Shown here in pieces: positions 29,201 through 42,455 of a stretch of DNA of 64,000 nucleotides (the stretch's first letter is position 1; each line of letters opens with the position of its first letter). The notes below the pieces were generated by a model, which saw only the letters and a program-made list of their open reading frames with translations, ran no database searches and was not told where the DNA came from. Both the position numbers and the translations under genes were made by a program. The stretch is from NCBI GenBank assembly GCA_016748015.1, contig JAAOMT010000304.1:96695-160694 (forward strand), in the 5' to 3' direction. The DNA is from Geosiphon pyriformis uo1. Its lineage: Eukaryota > Fungi > Glomeromycota.

Positions 29201-29999
29201 ATTAAAATACATGGCATTTTTAAAATTAATTACAAGTTTTGATCAAATTTATAAATAGATAATATTTTTTTCAATTTTTTCACTAATGTAATATAAAAAC
29301 CATATATAAAATATTAAGTAACTAATAGAAAAGAAGTGCATAGTATTAATTTTAATTATATTTAAGAATCTTAGCTCTTTGATTACATTATAATATTTTG
29401 AATATTCTTTTTTGAACATTAAATTTATAAATAATACAATATATTGTCAACTACTGAATATGAAAATGAGAAGTTACAACTAGACTATAATACAAAAATT
29501 GAAATTTATTTCAAATATTTTTATTTACTATCTTTTTAATTAACAATTATTTGCAATAAATCTTTTATCAGCTCTGAAAAATTGGCTTTAATTTGAAAAT
29601 CAAATTTTTTTGAGTTAATTATTTAATTGTTAATGTTAAATTTTTTTGTCTAAATTCTTTATTATAAATTAAAAAAAATTTTGTAATAGCTATTTTTATT
29701 AATTTTACTTGAATTTTTGGCTCATATAATATTCTTAATTTCAATAGAAAATTTTTTTTAATAATATTAAAAAAGTTTTTTTTAATTGCTTTTATTCAGA
29801 ATTACAAAACAGAAATTAAAGTTTAAATTAGAACCAAAGAGATTTAAAGAATAAATATATATTTAAATTAAAAATACTATTTCCATTGTAATACAATTTT
29901 GTTGTATAATATTACATAATTTAAATCTTTTAATTCTGTCCAAACACTAATTACACACTAGATTAATATTATATCACATAAAAAAATACTATTTTATTT

Positions 30000-32070
30000 T
30001 AAATGAAAAAGAAAAACTAAAGATAAATTAGAAATACAAAAAAATTATATAAAAAACACATTATATTATTTCAAAAAATGATTATAATATTGAAGTAAAT
30101 AAATTTAATAAACTAAATATTAATAATAAAAAGTAAAGTAATAATAATAACAGTAAATAAAATAATATAGAAGATATAGAAGCTGTAATTAGAATAAATA
30201 CAAAATTAAAAAAACTTAGTATAGTATAAAAAAATAACAATCATCTAGAAAAAAAAAAGCAAGATCCTTATATTAAAAAAAATACCAAAGTTAACTTATT
30301 ATGATAAATATAAACCAAATAGTTTATTTTCTAAAGCAGCAATTGAAACTAAAAAATTACTACTTTTTTTAATATTAGTGATGCTCTAACTACAGACTTA
30401 CAATAATCTAAATCTAATAAATCTTCAAGCAATTCAGAAAGTGAGATTGATTCATATGTTAATTGAATAAAAAAAGAGCAAAAGTTAAAAAAACATTTAG
30501 AAAAACAATATACTCAGTTAATTGTCTTTAAATATAATCAAAAATAAGCTATTTTTGAATATTTTATTTTTTAAATTATAATAATAAATGTGAAAAAGTT
30601 AATGCTAGTTTGAAAATTGCCCAAAAGATTTTTATTAATGGTAGTATATGGAAAACACGAAAAATTTGATATTTTGCAAAATATTGGTTGCTTAATAATA
30701 AGTTTTTAACATCAAACATGAAAAATACCAAAAAATAATTAGAATAATTGATAATGAAAACATTGTAAAAAAATGTTATATTTGAATTAGAAGCCAAAAC
30801 TTCAATGCCACTCCAGCCATATTTAAAAAATTTATTGAGCATGAATTGTTTTCTAATATTGAAATAATAAAGAAAAAAACTATTAATTTTATGACTGCAG
30901 TAAAATAACTCAAAATTCTTGATTATTTATTTCAATAATATTATCAAGACTTATATTATAATAAACATAAAAAAAAATAATATCTTATAATCTTAAAAAG
31001 TATATGTCAAAGTATAAATTTATAAATTGAATACATTTTAACTTACTTAATAAAGAAAAAAAAGAGTTTTTATAGTCCATATTAAATGTATTTTTTATTA
31101 AAATGATAACAAACATAATATATGAATTAAGCATAGAAATTTGCCACTAAGAAAAAAAAAATAGAAAATTAATTATGATTAATAAATTTTTAACTAAAAT
31201 TAATAAATATTTATGTTTACAACAAAATAATATAGAAAACTATTCTAATATACTAAAAGAAGCATGATGTTATTTGCAATCTGATATAAATCAAGATAAT
31301 TATTAAACAGCAGACCATTTTCTTAAACAAATTAAATATAAAACAATTTCAATTTTTGAAAAATTATATTTAGATTGTATAATTGTATTTGCTTTTAATA
31401 ATAGTTTTAATTATATAGCATTTAGTAAAAATGCTTTAATTGCAAAAAAAATAAATTTAAATCTAGATGGAAAGCAATCATTGATGCAAAATACTTTTTT
31501 TAGATTAAATAATTAATTATAATTAATAATCTTTTCAAAAACATATTTAGATAAAAAACTTTAAAAATTGTCTAAAAAATTAAACAAGTATTAATAAAAC
31601 AAAGAAAATAGCCATCAAAAAAATTAGTATTAGAATGCCAAAAATGCAAAGAAAAAATCAAAAATTTTTCAAAAATTTTTTGTTGTATATATCAAATAAT
31701 ATCTTTAGAATTCAATTTTTTTGTTCAAAAAATACAATTGAAGAATTAATCAAAAGTATAAAACATAAATGCATTTTTTTTCCAAAATTTCATTGCAAAT
31801 TAAATTTTATTAAAAGATATTGGAGAGTTGCTAAAAGATATACACATAACAAATGTGATTATTTATGAAAAAAATTATAAAAAACAGTATTAAAAAGTCT
31901 TAAATTAGTATTTTTAATAACTATTAAACAATTTTTAAAAAAATATTAGTGTTATATGAATCTTTATAAAAAAGATCTTAGTAGAAAATTAATAAAATAT
32001 GCTATAAAAAAGTATAAATTTCATAGAAAAATTCCAGATAATATTCTTAAAGAATTAGACAAATTAAATA
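30000..32070 (+). mobile_element. Decayed IS630-Tc1-mariner-like DDE transposase
   Basis: IVFAFNNSFNY...NALIAKKINLNLDGKQSLMQ (=FAFDNSSNH...DAL.A.KMNL.PGGKQ..MR, about 31382-31490) and CIFFPKFHCKLNFIKRYWRVAKRY...CDY (ORF 31635-31868; =PKFHCELNFIE.YW), ending KKYKFHRKI. Confidence 0.75.
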
Positions 32071-32219
32071 ATATTCAAACTTTATAATACTTTTTTTGGT
32101 TTTATATTAAATAAAATTTTATTTTTATTATAAATAATATATTAAAAACAAATGTATATTAACCAATAAAATTTAATTATATAAATAAAAATACATAAAG
32201 ATTTTTATTTAAAATTTTG

Positions 32220-34384
32220 AACAGATCTACATTTTTGATGATTATAAATAGTTTATATTATAACAGATTTACTATCTAAAATTAATTAGATTTATTCTTT
32301 TTCAATTTTAGTTTTTATGTATATAGCAGTAATTGTTTTTTGTTTTATAGTAGCTATATTGCTAAGTAAGAATGGTAATTTATTTGCTTTAAATTCGAAA
32401 AAAAATATGTCTAAAATTATGGCATTTTTAACAATCTTTGCTAAGAATATTGTAGTATTATTATAAAAAAAGTTTTACTGTTATATTGTAACTTTATTTT
32501 TCAAAAATACAATATAGTAAAAATTCTGCTCTTTTGATATTATAAAATAAATAGGTTGAATATAAAAGTGTCAAAATGGCTGTTAGTTATTATTATAAAA
32601 TATTAATTGATTATTAAAACCAAATCTGTTATTGTTTAATTAAAAATGGTTTTGTAATGTAAATTAGTTGGGTTGACCCAATTTTTTTGCTAATAACTAA
32701 TAATTTTAAACTGGCTGTAATTGATAATATTGTTATAGTTATTATAAAACAGACTAATAATAAGTAGGTTGGAGTTTTAATAAATAATAAACAGATAATA
32801 ATGAATAATATAATTATTATTGCTAAAAAGAATAATATTGATTATTTTGTTTTTATTAGTTTCTTTGTATTTTTCGAAAATTACATTTAAATATCTGAAA
32901 ATTTTACAACAATAATAGTTTAATTGTTAAAATTAGTTGTTAGATAATGAAGAGTTTTTTTGGTTTTGTTCTTAAGATAATTGGTATTTTTGTTGTTAAT
33001 TAACAAAGTATGTTTCAACTTTTTTTATAAGTTGATTAATATTTTTTTTAACTGTTAAACTGGTTTTTCCAATTGCCAAGTTGACAAGTTTGGTATGATT
33101 GGCTTTTTTTATTGTTATTTTATAGTTTTTAGCATATTAAATAACAGTAGTTAAATTTTCTAAAATATATGATCAAACTTTTTTAATAAATTTGTTTTTG
33201 AGTTTAATAATAAATTGATTTAAAACTTGGACATTAGAATAGTAAGCATTTGTTTTTAGCTGGTAAATTTTTTTAAGAAGTTTGTTAAACTTCTTAATAT
33301 AAGTTATAACAGATTTAAATAGTTTCTGTTTGATGTTTTAAAAATAATTTCGGAGAGTAATTAAAGTATTATTGTTAATAAACTGTTTGAAAAAAGTAGT
33401 TTTAAAAGTTTGCCAATCTGTAAAAAAAGTGGCCAAATTTTCAAATTATTTGTTTATAGTTTTTTAAAAAAAATAAGAAATTACTTATAGTATTTTTTTT
33501 ACAGTTTATTTATTGGTATCTTTTATTTTGGTAACTTGATCAAGCTATTCTTAAGAACTTGTTTTAGTTTTTTTCAGAAAAGTTAGAATTTTTACAATAT
33601 AAACAGTTGCTATTTTTTTGTCTTTTTTATAATTAGTGATTTTTGTTTCTTTTGTTTTTTTTCGTTTTTTCAATAAATTCAGAAGTGTTTTTTTTATAAA
33701 TTAGTGTTTTTGAGTATTTACTTTGGTTTTTTTTTAAAAAATCAAAAAAATTAGTGGTAGTGTTAATTAGTTTTAGCTATTGAATTGAATTTTTGGTAAA
33801 GTTTTTAGATCTTGAAAATTAATTAAGTGGTAAATTTAGTGGTTGTATTTAAGCAAGCAAAATTGAAAAAAATATAATTAAAAATAATAATTTAGAACTA
33901 GTTTTTTGTTTAAATATTTACAAATATTAAAAGTTTGTTTTTGATGTATTAAATATTGTATAAATAAGTTAGATGTTTTTTTTGTTTTTACTGCTTGTTT
34001 TAAGTTTAAATTCAAGTTTAAAACAAATTATGAGTTAGCAAGATATTTTTTTTACAAAACTTGATAATATTATAATCAAGTTTTTCAAAATAAGTAACAC
34101 AAGTATCTGCACTAATATTTTTGGATTTTTATTTAAATAGTAAATTAAATTTCAAGAAAATTTTGCTTAATTTTTATAATATTGTAATTCTTAAAAAAAT
34201 AATTATTAATTTAATTTTTAATATATTGAAAAAAAGTTTTTTTAAAACTGTGATTTTATCTCGAATTTTAAATAATTATTTACAATAAATGTAAATTAAC
34301 TGATATTATTTTAAAGTTATTATGTTAAATGCAGTCATCACTTTAATTTAATTATTACTGTGTTATTTTTAAGAGAACATTAAA
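32220..34384 (-). mobile_element. Element A: old Ty3/Gypsy gag-protease remnant (truncated)
   Basis: Minus strand gives gag-like IATVYIVKI..F...LDQVTK...TDWQTFKTTF...NNNTLITLRN (33350-33615) and protease ITAIYIKTKIE...LILDSK (about 32265-32340). Degenerate PBS at about 34366-34382 next to the LTR. Confidence 0.7.
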
Positions 34385-35201
34385 TATTATTAAAGGTTTT
34401 TTTATCTTTTTTTGAATATTGTTAATGTTATTTTTGCTGTTAATTCTACTGTTAATAAAAGTTAATAAATCTTTGATAAGCTAGTTTTTCTTTCAAAATA
34501 TTTCTTTATATTTTGAACTATATATATTATTAGACTTATAATAAAATAGCCAATTTTATACAAATTACTTGTATAGTTATTTTGCAGTAAAAATTAACTC
34601 TTTTACAGAAAAAATATTGTTTATAAGCTTTTTACAATATGTATAATTACTTTGCTGTAAAAATCAACTCTTTTACAGAAAATTTTGACTGTAGACTATT
34701 CAATAATATAAATGAAAATAAATAAAAAAATAAAAGAAAATAAACTAAAAAAAAAGAAATTATGTAAAAGAAATTATTTCGAATTAAGATCTGAAAGTTA
34801 CTAACAATTACTAAAATTGGTAATTAATTAATTTTAAATTTTAGTAAGAAATAGTTAATTTCACAATAAGAATAATTAAAAATTTTTATGTTTTTCAAAG
34901 TAAGTTTTATTAAAATTAATTTGTATAAAAAATACTAAAAAAATATTGATTCTAGTTAAAATATTTAGTAAAAAATACATTTTCTTAAAAAAAAAGCTTT
35001 TTTTTATATAACTTGTTATAATATTATTCTATAATATAATATTTTTTCTTTTTTACTATTTTAATAAACTAAAAATACATTTCATTAAACTACAAGTTAT
35101 TTTTGCAAACTATAAATTATTTAAGTAAACTATTAAATATATTGTTAAATTACTAAATATTTTGGCAAATTTAGAATATTATATAGTTTAGTATATTATA
35201 T
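34385..35201 (-). repeat. Element A 5' LTR, left piece (interrupted by element B)
   Basis: Aligns along its length with solo LTR D 43121-43910 (for example TATTATTAAAGGTTTTT vs TGTTACCAGAGGTTTTT, and GCTGTAAAAATCAACTCTTTTACAG vs GCTGTAAAAGTCAACTCTTCTACAG). Confidence 0.8.
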
Positions 35202-35952
35202 TGTTATGGTTGAAACTCATAGTTTTTATTAGTTATTACATGTATTAGCCACTAATGTTACATAATTAGCCACACTATTTTTAGATAGTAATCATTAACT
35301 TGATCATTAACTTGATCATTGACCTAATCAATGATCTGATCATTGACCTAATCATTGACCTGATCATTGACCTGATCATTGATCTGATCATTGACCTAAT
35401 TGTTGATCTGGTCATTGACCACTTTCAATAACTATATAAGCGATAAATCTTTTAGCTATAGAAAACTATGTAAAAATCAAAGAAAAAAAAGAAATAAAAT
35501 AACAACTTTCATCTCAATCATTCTCTTATTGCTAATTTCCCTTTCCCTACTTTCAAGTATCTGAACATCTTAAAAAATAAAAGATTACTTGTTGGTTATT
35601 TTCTACTCTTTTCCTGAAATGTGTAATTACAGCATTTGAAGATTATTAAATAAAACGTGACTAAAGAGCACATTTGATACTTGATATTGAATTCTAAGAG
35701 TGCCAATGTAAGACATAGAAGTATACCAAGTGTGATCATTTGTTGACAGTACAAACTATCCCTCTACCTTCAGATTCTTTGGTTATCCTTAAAAAAAATA
35801 GCAACTGAGATATTTTATGAGACTAATCTCGCACATTGAATCCATACTCATTTAATTCACTCTTTGAATTTGAATTCTCTTTGATTGTTTCTATCACCCT
35901 AAAATCCTGCTCTCCCTTGCTATCCATTAGCTTGTTACTCCAACCCGTAACA
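35202..35952 (+). repeat. Element B 5' LTR (751 bp)
   Basis: TGTTA...GTAACA termini. Direct repeat of 53524-54178. Contains 11 copies of the 12-bp unit GATCATTGACCT (35290-35421) and a TATATAA at about 35433. Confidence 0.93.
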
Positions 35953-35958
35953 TAAAAG

Positions 35959-35975
35959 TGGTGCTCTTTGTGAGG
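35959..35975 (+). promoter_or_regulatory. Element B primer-binding site (elongator tRNA-Met-like)
   Basis: TGGTGCTCTTTGTGAGG, 6 nt after the 5' LTR. Confidence 0.75.
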
Positions 35976-36009
35976 TTGTTAAAATTCACTTATTTCCTCA
36001 TTGTATAGG

Positions 36010-37043
36010 TGATTATTCATACTTGCTACAGCAATCAGAAGAACACTTTGCAGCATACAACAGAAATGATCTAGAATTTATTGAACTCAATCCTCTGCTT
36101 TTCTGCTTGATCTGTTTCTCTGTTGAAAAACAATCTAGTAGACAATTCCAAGATTTTTAGAACTGGTTCCTGAACAAGCATTTAGCTAAAACTTACACAG
36201 TCTATACAATCTACTACTTTAACCAAGCTTACTTTGAAGACAACTTTGAAGAAAAAAATACCAGTATCAATTAGCTCTTATATTCTACAATCTTTGAACA
36301 ACAGCTCTCTGATTTTGAATATCTAAACCACCAAATCCACATTTGGATTGCTGCTCATCAATTAGCTGTAACTCTCCTTGAAACAGAAGAAGAAAGCTAT
36401 CAAACCACTTCTGTTTTTGATCTCTTTTCAAGTGAATCAGAACACTTTACACAAACAGTTACACCTGAACCAATAACCCAAAATCCGATACAAACAAACA
36501 TTCTGGCCACCCTTCAAGGCATACAAACTGTTTTGAAGTGAAAAAACAACACCCCATTACCTTTGTTCAGAGGTAATATACAAGATCCAATTGAATAGTT
36601 GGATGATTTTAAAAGAGCAGCCACTGCCAACTAATATGACAATGAATACAAATTCCAAATCGTTGGTCGCTATCTCCAAGGCTCTCCTGCAACATGGTTC
36701 TCACAAAAAACTGATGTTGGTGCTCACCAAAGAATCATTAGATGGACACCAACAAATGCTGGAGAAGAGAACACCTCTTTCACCACCCGGTTTGAAACCA
36801 AATTTAGAACTTCTATTTTAATTTCAAAATAGCATATGAAATTAGAAAGAAGAACCCAAGGTCCTAGTGAAGTTGTGATCAAGTACATCAAAGCAATCAG
36901 AAAATTAATCAAGTGAGAAGACTCTGATAGAAACTAGACTAAAGAGCAAAAGATCTATTCCTTCACAAAAAGATTGAGAACTGATCTATTATATGTTCTT
37001 TGGCCTTTCTTGGTCTTGAAAAACAATTTTACAATGAATATGG
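36010..37043 (+). pseudogene. gag: Element B gag, 5' part (interrupted by element C)
   Basis: PLFRGNIQDPIE*LDDFKRAATAN*Y...YLQGSPATWF...ELERRTQGPSEVV..YIKAIRKL retrotransposon-gag core. The frame ...TMNM continues as VIELAQRI at 48315. Confidence 0.8.
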
Positions 37044-37908
37044 TGTTACTCATAGAATAGAGGAAATATATTATTATTAGCAAGTAGAGATTAGCCAATC
37101 AAAAGTAGATGTAATAATTGTGGAATTCCAGAATTCCTCTCAGAGGAATTGCAAGATTCTAAGAATTTCAGGATTCTCTGGCAAGAAATCACAGGATTCC
37201 AGAATTCCAGGATTCCTCTCATCAGAAATTGCAGGATTTCTGTTGCAAAGAATTGAAAAATTAAGGAATCTAAAATATGTATATATAGCAGTAACATTAG
37301 AAGCAGAAAAAACAGAAAAAAACACCAAGAATCCTTAGTTTAGTTACCACAATCCTCAAATAAATAATTATTCACTATATCAAATTCATTCATTATTATC
37401 AATACTTCATGTTGATAGTAACTAATACTTAATTATATTGGAACAATAGCTCTTGATCACAGCTATTGATGGAATATTAATTTGTAAATTGCCTTGGCTT
37501 ATTTCTTATTTTTTTTTTTATCTTTTCTTTATTTTTTTTGTTGTCTACTAACTTGATTAAAAAATTTACTCTTGGAGGACTTACAGAAAAATAAACTTGC
37601 TTAAACAATATTTACTCTTGGAGGACTTACAGAGAAACTGACATTAGGAAACAGTACTGGTATACACTTATGAAGGATATTGTACCAGAAGAATCATTAA
37701 CCATCAAGCTGAGCAAGCAATCAACAAAACTATGGTTTCAGGAAACTACTGATAAACTGTTACCATTGAATCTCTGTTCATTATACAAAGAACTCTATTG
37801 AAAAACCTTCAGATAAAATACCTTCAGATAATTATCGTCACCAATCACTTTGAGCACCAAGTTACAAGTTTGTTATTTACTTAACACCTTAAATAATCAT
37901 CTGTAACA
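37044..37908 (+). repeat. Element C 5' LTR (865 bp)
   Basis: Direct repeat of 47393-48310. Contains a GGAATTCC/GGATTCC short-repeat cluster and 2 copies of a 46-bp unit. Confidence 0.93.
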
Positions 37909-37910
37909 TT

Positions 37911-37927
37911 TGGTGCTTCTTGTGAGG
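37911..37927 (+). promoter_or_regulatory. Element C primer-binding site (elongator tRNA-Met-like)
   Basis: TGGTGCTTCTTGTGAGG, 2 nt after the LTR. Confidence 0.8.
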
Positions 37928-37967
37928 TTTAATCCTACAGAGAACCAGCACCAACAACTAATCAACA

Positions 37968-40790
37968 GTGGCAGAATCAGAAATTATAGGAGCCAACCAC
38001 TTAGGATTTGCCAAATCCTTGTTCCAAAAGTACAGCCAACAGTTAGGACTAAACAACAACCATTATCCAGCAGAATTAGCCTTCAACTATTACGTTAATG
38101 ATAAAATCACAGACTGTTTAGGAGGAACCGTTAATATCAAGTCAGTAAGAGAAAACTTCTATACAGAATTATTTCAACACACTAGCTTACCAAGAAATCA
38201 CAGTTTCACTCCAATCATTAGGGAAATCAATCAAACCATTAAAAGATACATGCAACAACAATTTCTTATTACTTATGCAGACAAAGGCAAGAGAAGATTG
38301 TAAACACCAGCAGTAATACCCAGAAAAATACAACCACCTACTTGGAAGAAAACAAAAGTTGAATCACCAGCTCAGCCATTATACCATTATACACCCAAAA
38401 GTGCCATTAACTTCTTATCAATAGATGCGTCCACATCAAACATAACATCAACATTTGGATGATTCCCATTTCAGAGTAAACAAAGTAAAGCAGAATTATT
38501 GGGAACTTTTAGTGATTACTTTGAAGGATTTAAATTACAATCACCAACACTATCAGGATTTTGATCACCACCTCTTCAGCCTGATTTCAGAACTGCAAGT
38601 CCATGGGAAGTAACAGAATCAGAAGAAAAACAAAAAGGACAAGAGAAAAAAGAATCTGAGGATCAGAAATTTACTTACCAAAACCTGATTCTAGAAAATC
38701 CGGAAGTTATAACCCTGAACATTTAAACTCTGCAAAGCCCAAATTTGGAAAATCCAGAAATTGAAACTCTGAATATCCAAGCACTATTGAATCAAAACAA
38801 TCCAAACCTTGAAATCATTAATCAGCACTTACCTCCAAATATTGTTATCGATTACCCACTGATTAATCCAATAGTCAAACCCATTTAGCAGTCACCTCAA
38901 CAATTGAATCCACAAATCCAACAGTTACAAGGACCACCTCAGCAACCACCACTGCAACAACAACCACTACAGCAGCCACAACAACAACCAAACATAAACC
39001 AAGTGGCCTACGCACCCATCACTAAGTTAGACAACTTTACCGGTAAAGAAGACGATGCCCAAGCATGGATCAATGATGTCTCCAAAGCCATCATAGCAAA
39101 CAATTAGGACAATGCTAGAGCCTTACAGGTGATCCCATACTTTCTCAAAGAAACCACCAATTTTTGGTACTAGAGTTTAGCTGCCAGACCACAAACATTC
39201 TAACAATTCAAAACTGCCTTTCTGGGATATTTTAGCAACAATAACAGTATTAATTGTCTAACCAATACTTTCACCACAATCAAACAGAATAATACTGAAG
39301 TAGTTACCACATACCTAGGACGCTTTTATAGAGTCCTACACCAAATTCAAGCCATTAACGCCATGTATTTCACAGAACCCCAGATCCTCAACCAGTTTAT
39401 TCATGGCCTGCACAATAGTATTTTGCAGCACATATGCCCATTACACCCAGTCAACCTTTAAGCCGCAATCACATACACCAAAGATTTTGAATCAGCTAAG
39501 CTAGAAGCCAACTATGCTCAAGCTGTAAATTTAGTAATAAATGGATCATCTGATTTGGATTCCAAATTGAAGCAAATCAGTGATACCATCAATCAGAAAA
39601 TCAAGGGATACTTAGCTAATAACCATCAGTCCATTTATTAACCTTTCCAAAGACACAGTAATTAGAAAAACGCCAATTGTTTCCAAAATCAAGCACATCT
39701 ATCATCATCAATTAATCAACCATAGCAGCAGGAAACATGTGTTTGCCACAACTGTGATAAACAAAGTTACATAAGAGCCAACTGCAATGCTTATAACCGA
39801 CAATTGGGAAATCAACATCAAAATCTCAATTACTGATTTCAAAACCCAAATTAGTATCAAAGTCAAGATTAATACCAAAACACTTACCTGCCAATAACGC
39901 AGCAGCCAATTTATAAAGCACTAGTATATCAGACTCCAGTTTATTAACCACAGCCACCAGCGATATATCAACCACAGCCACCCATAATATATCAACTGCA
40001 GCCACAAGTAATCTATCAACCCCAATCAATTCAACCACCACCCCAAAATTCAGTTAATATGATGTCAGGCAACCCCAGACCTAGAATTACACAAAACTGG
40101 AGATCGGCAATGGTTGTCTATCAACTGATCCCCAGTTCTTCCAATGCACCATCAGGATCACATTCTTGAAATTTAGGCACTGATGTTACCTAAAACCCAA
40201 ATTCCCAGAACTATTTAAGTCTTTTGGTTACCCCAGCAGATGCCATACCCAACAACCCGGAAACCAACCCAACCCAAAAACTTATCAGCAATATTCTACC
40301 AGCAATTATTACCAACAACAAGTCTTTAGCAGCCATTTTTCCATTTGAACTGGAGAAACCATCTCAACCATCTTTATTTAGTGGAGCCACCTTTGAAGAG
40401 AAACCAATCACTGTGATATACACAGATGTCAAGATTGATGGACACTCCATCAAACTAATATTAGACAGTGGTTTAGGAGGCAGCATTATTACCTGACAAC
40501 TCATGGATCAATTAAGTCACCAAGTTAATTGAACAGCCAGTGTCTGAATTATAATTGCTGATAGAGCCACCAAGACACTTATAAGCAAAATCGACGACTT
40601 CCCTATTGAAATAAACAGCATTATCATATCCATCAAAGTCCTTGTGATGGAAGCCACTTAGTACCAAGCCTTTATTAAAAATAATTGGCTATCCAAAACA
40701 AATGCCATACTCAATTGGACAATGCAAGAGCTTCAACTGAGCCAAAACGGTTAACATACTTGGGCACCAGCAGTATGTGAACACTTTAAA
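37968..40790 (+). pseudogene. gag: Element C gag and aspartic protease
   Basis: YAPITKLDNFTGKEDDAQAWINDVSKAIIAN (gag core). Zinc knuckle CHNCDKQSYIRANC at 39744-39785. Protease IKLILDSGLGGSIIT at about 40450-40493. Stops throughout. Confidence 0.85.
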
Positions 40791-41149
40791 CCAACCAACT
40801 CACAACCACTGATTGAATTTAAGAAGGAAGCAAAGAAACCAACATGGGAAGCATATCAGGTTTTGTGGGCCGATGTCAACCACAATGAACTGCTGCCCAT
40901 ACTCGCCTGAGACAAAAACGACCATAGAAAAGGAAAACAAAAAGAAGAACATATATGGAAAACCACTATTGGCGCTTGGATTGATAACAACCAAAACAAG
41001 TTGCCATTTACACTAAGTTGGGAAGAAAAAAAAAAAGAAAAAAAAAGAAAAAACAACATACTGGAAGTAACTGAATCAACAAAAGACACCACCAGTGGCT
41101 GGACTTGTTCATATTTCATTCATGAGCCACTGCCACAACCACCATACAT

Positions 41150-41800
41150 ACCACTCAAGTGCAAAGACTGTGGAAAAAAACTTTTTTCTATGAGAACCTG
41201 GATTGCACCAGACAAAGACCTCTGGATGTGAACCCACTATTATTGTAAGTCATGCCATAGAGAACGCTATGGCTATCCAAAGAAACAGGGCAAGTGGGAC
41301 AATGAACCATGTCTCACTTGTAGCAAACAACTGCTTGACAAAGGAATGTGGAATAACATTCCTGGTCAAGGAGGAATGTGTGACACTTCGTGCCAATATA
41401 CAATCTTCATTAGTAACTGGGTGAGTCATGGCACACCCATAACAGCAGTCTGGCACCAAGCAATTTCTCACTTAGAAAGATACTCACACAATGAAGACAA
41501 GATCTGGTGAATGGCCAACACCAAAGTGGAAGGTGTTTTGCCCAGTGAAATTTTGGAGATCAAGAACAACCCTTCAGAACCAACAGACATTGTTTTAGTT
41601 TTCAACTTGGATGCTTTTCTAGACTTGGAAAACAGTCCAGAAAAGTTCCACAAATATTATCAGAATCTAACACCCACAAAAAAAGAGCAGGAGCAGCATT
41701 TAAAACAACTAAACACCCAATTATGTGACCACTGTTTAATTCCCTGTGACTTCCAATATTGTAATAAGTGTGACCTCATTTACAATCCACTACCACGCAT
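41150..41800 (+). other. Cys-rich putative zinc-finger insert between protease and dUTPase in element C
   Basis: CKDC...CKSC...CLTC...CDTSC and LCDHCLIPCDFQYCNKCD, in frame with pol. Confidence 0.6.
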
Positions 41801-42049
41801 AATCTACACAATCCCAGAGGAAATTGAACCAATCAGCAGCTGTGCATCCAAATCGGAATCACCATTCAATCCCAATTTAAACTCTGACAACAATGACAAC
41901 AAAAACACTGGTTCTAGCTCCATTCAAATTGGCAATAACAATGACAATGATTCCAACTCAAATTCAAACTTCAACCCAAAATATGAACAATACATTGCAC
42001 TGCCAGACCTTTCCAAAAAACAGGAGTTGAAATGGTATAATGACAATAA

Positions 42050-42455
42050 TAAAGGTATTATGTCAGAATGCATACATAATACTGATGCTGGATTTGATCT
42101 GAGGTATCCAGGAAAAGAGACCATCAAATTAGAACCACATTCGCACATCTGCATTGATTTAAAAGTAGCACTAGAAATTCTAGCAACAACAATAATTCAA
42201 CTAGCATCTAGGAATAGCTTAGCGAAAAGAGAGATAAACATCAAAAGAAGAATAATTGACATAGAATATGTAGAAAATATTATCATCATGCTACAAAATG
42301 ACTCTAAAAAGGCCTATATAATAAAGCCCAATAAAAAAATAGCACAGGCAATATTTCTACCTCTGGTTAAAATAGCTCAATTAGTGTCAGTGGGAGATAA
42401 GGAGGAATTAGGGATAACAGCAAGAGGGATACAAGAATTTGGATCTACAGATAGA
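42050..42455 (+). pseudogene. dut: Trimeric-type dUTPase domain within element C pol
   Basis: All five motifs in order: DAGFDL, LASRNSLA, IIDIEYVENI, KIAQAIF, RGIQEFGST. Several conserved Gly are changed to Glu/Arg, consistent with G>A. Confidence 0.88.

Noticed and set aside
28900-29900. Possible minus-strand Gypsy gag-protease linker (YSVVDNIL)
   Set aside because: A single short motif, with no supporting protease active site or LTR.
37160-37230. CTGATGAG...GAAA on the minus strand of the C LTR, suggesting a hammerhead ribozyme
   Set aside because: I could not build stems I-III or the conserved G-C closing pair before GAAA. The motif falls inside the GGAATTCC repeat cluster.
37091-37338. 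ORFs within C LTRs (also 47440-47715) and antisense ORFs across pol (for example 45861-46397)
   Set aside because: They arise from short palindromic repeats or are shadows of the sense reading frame.
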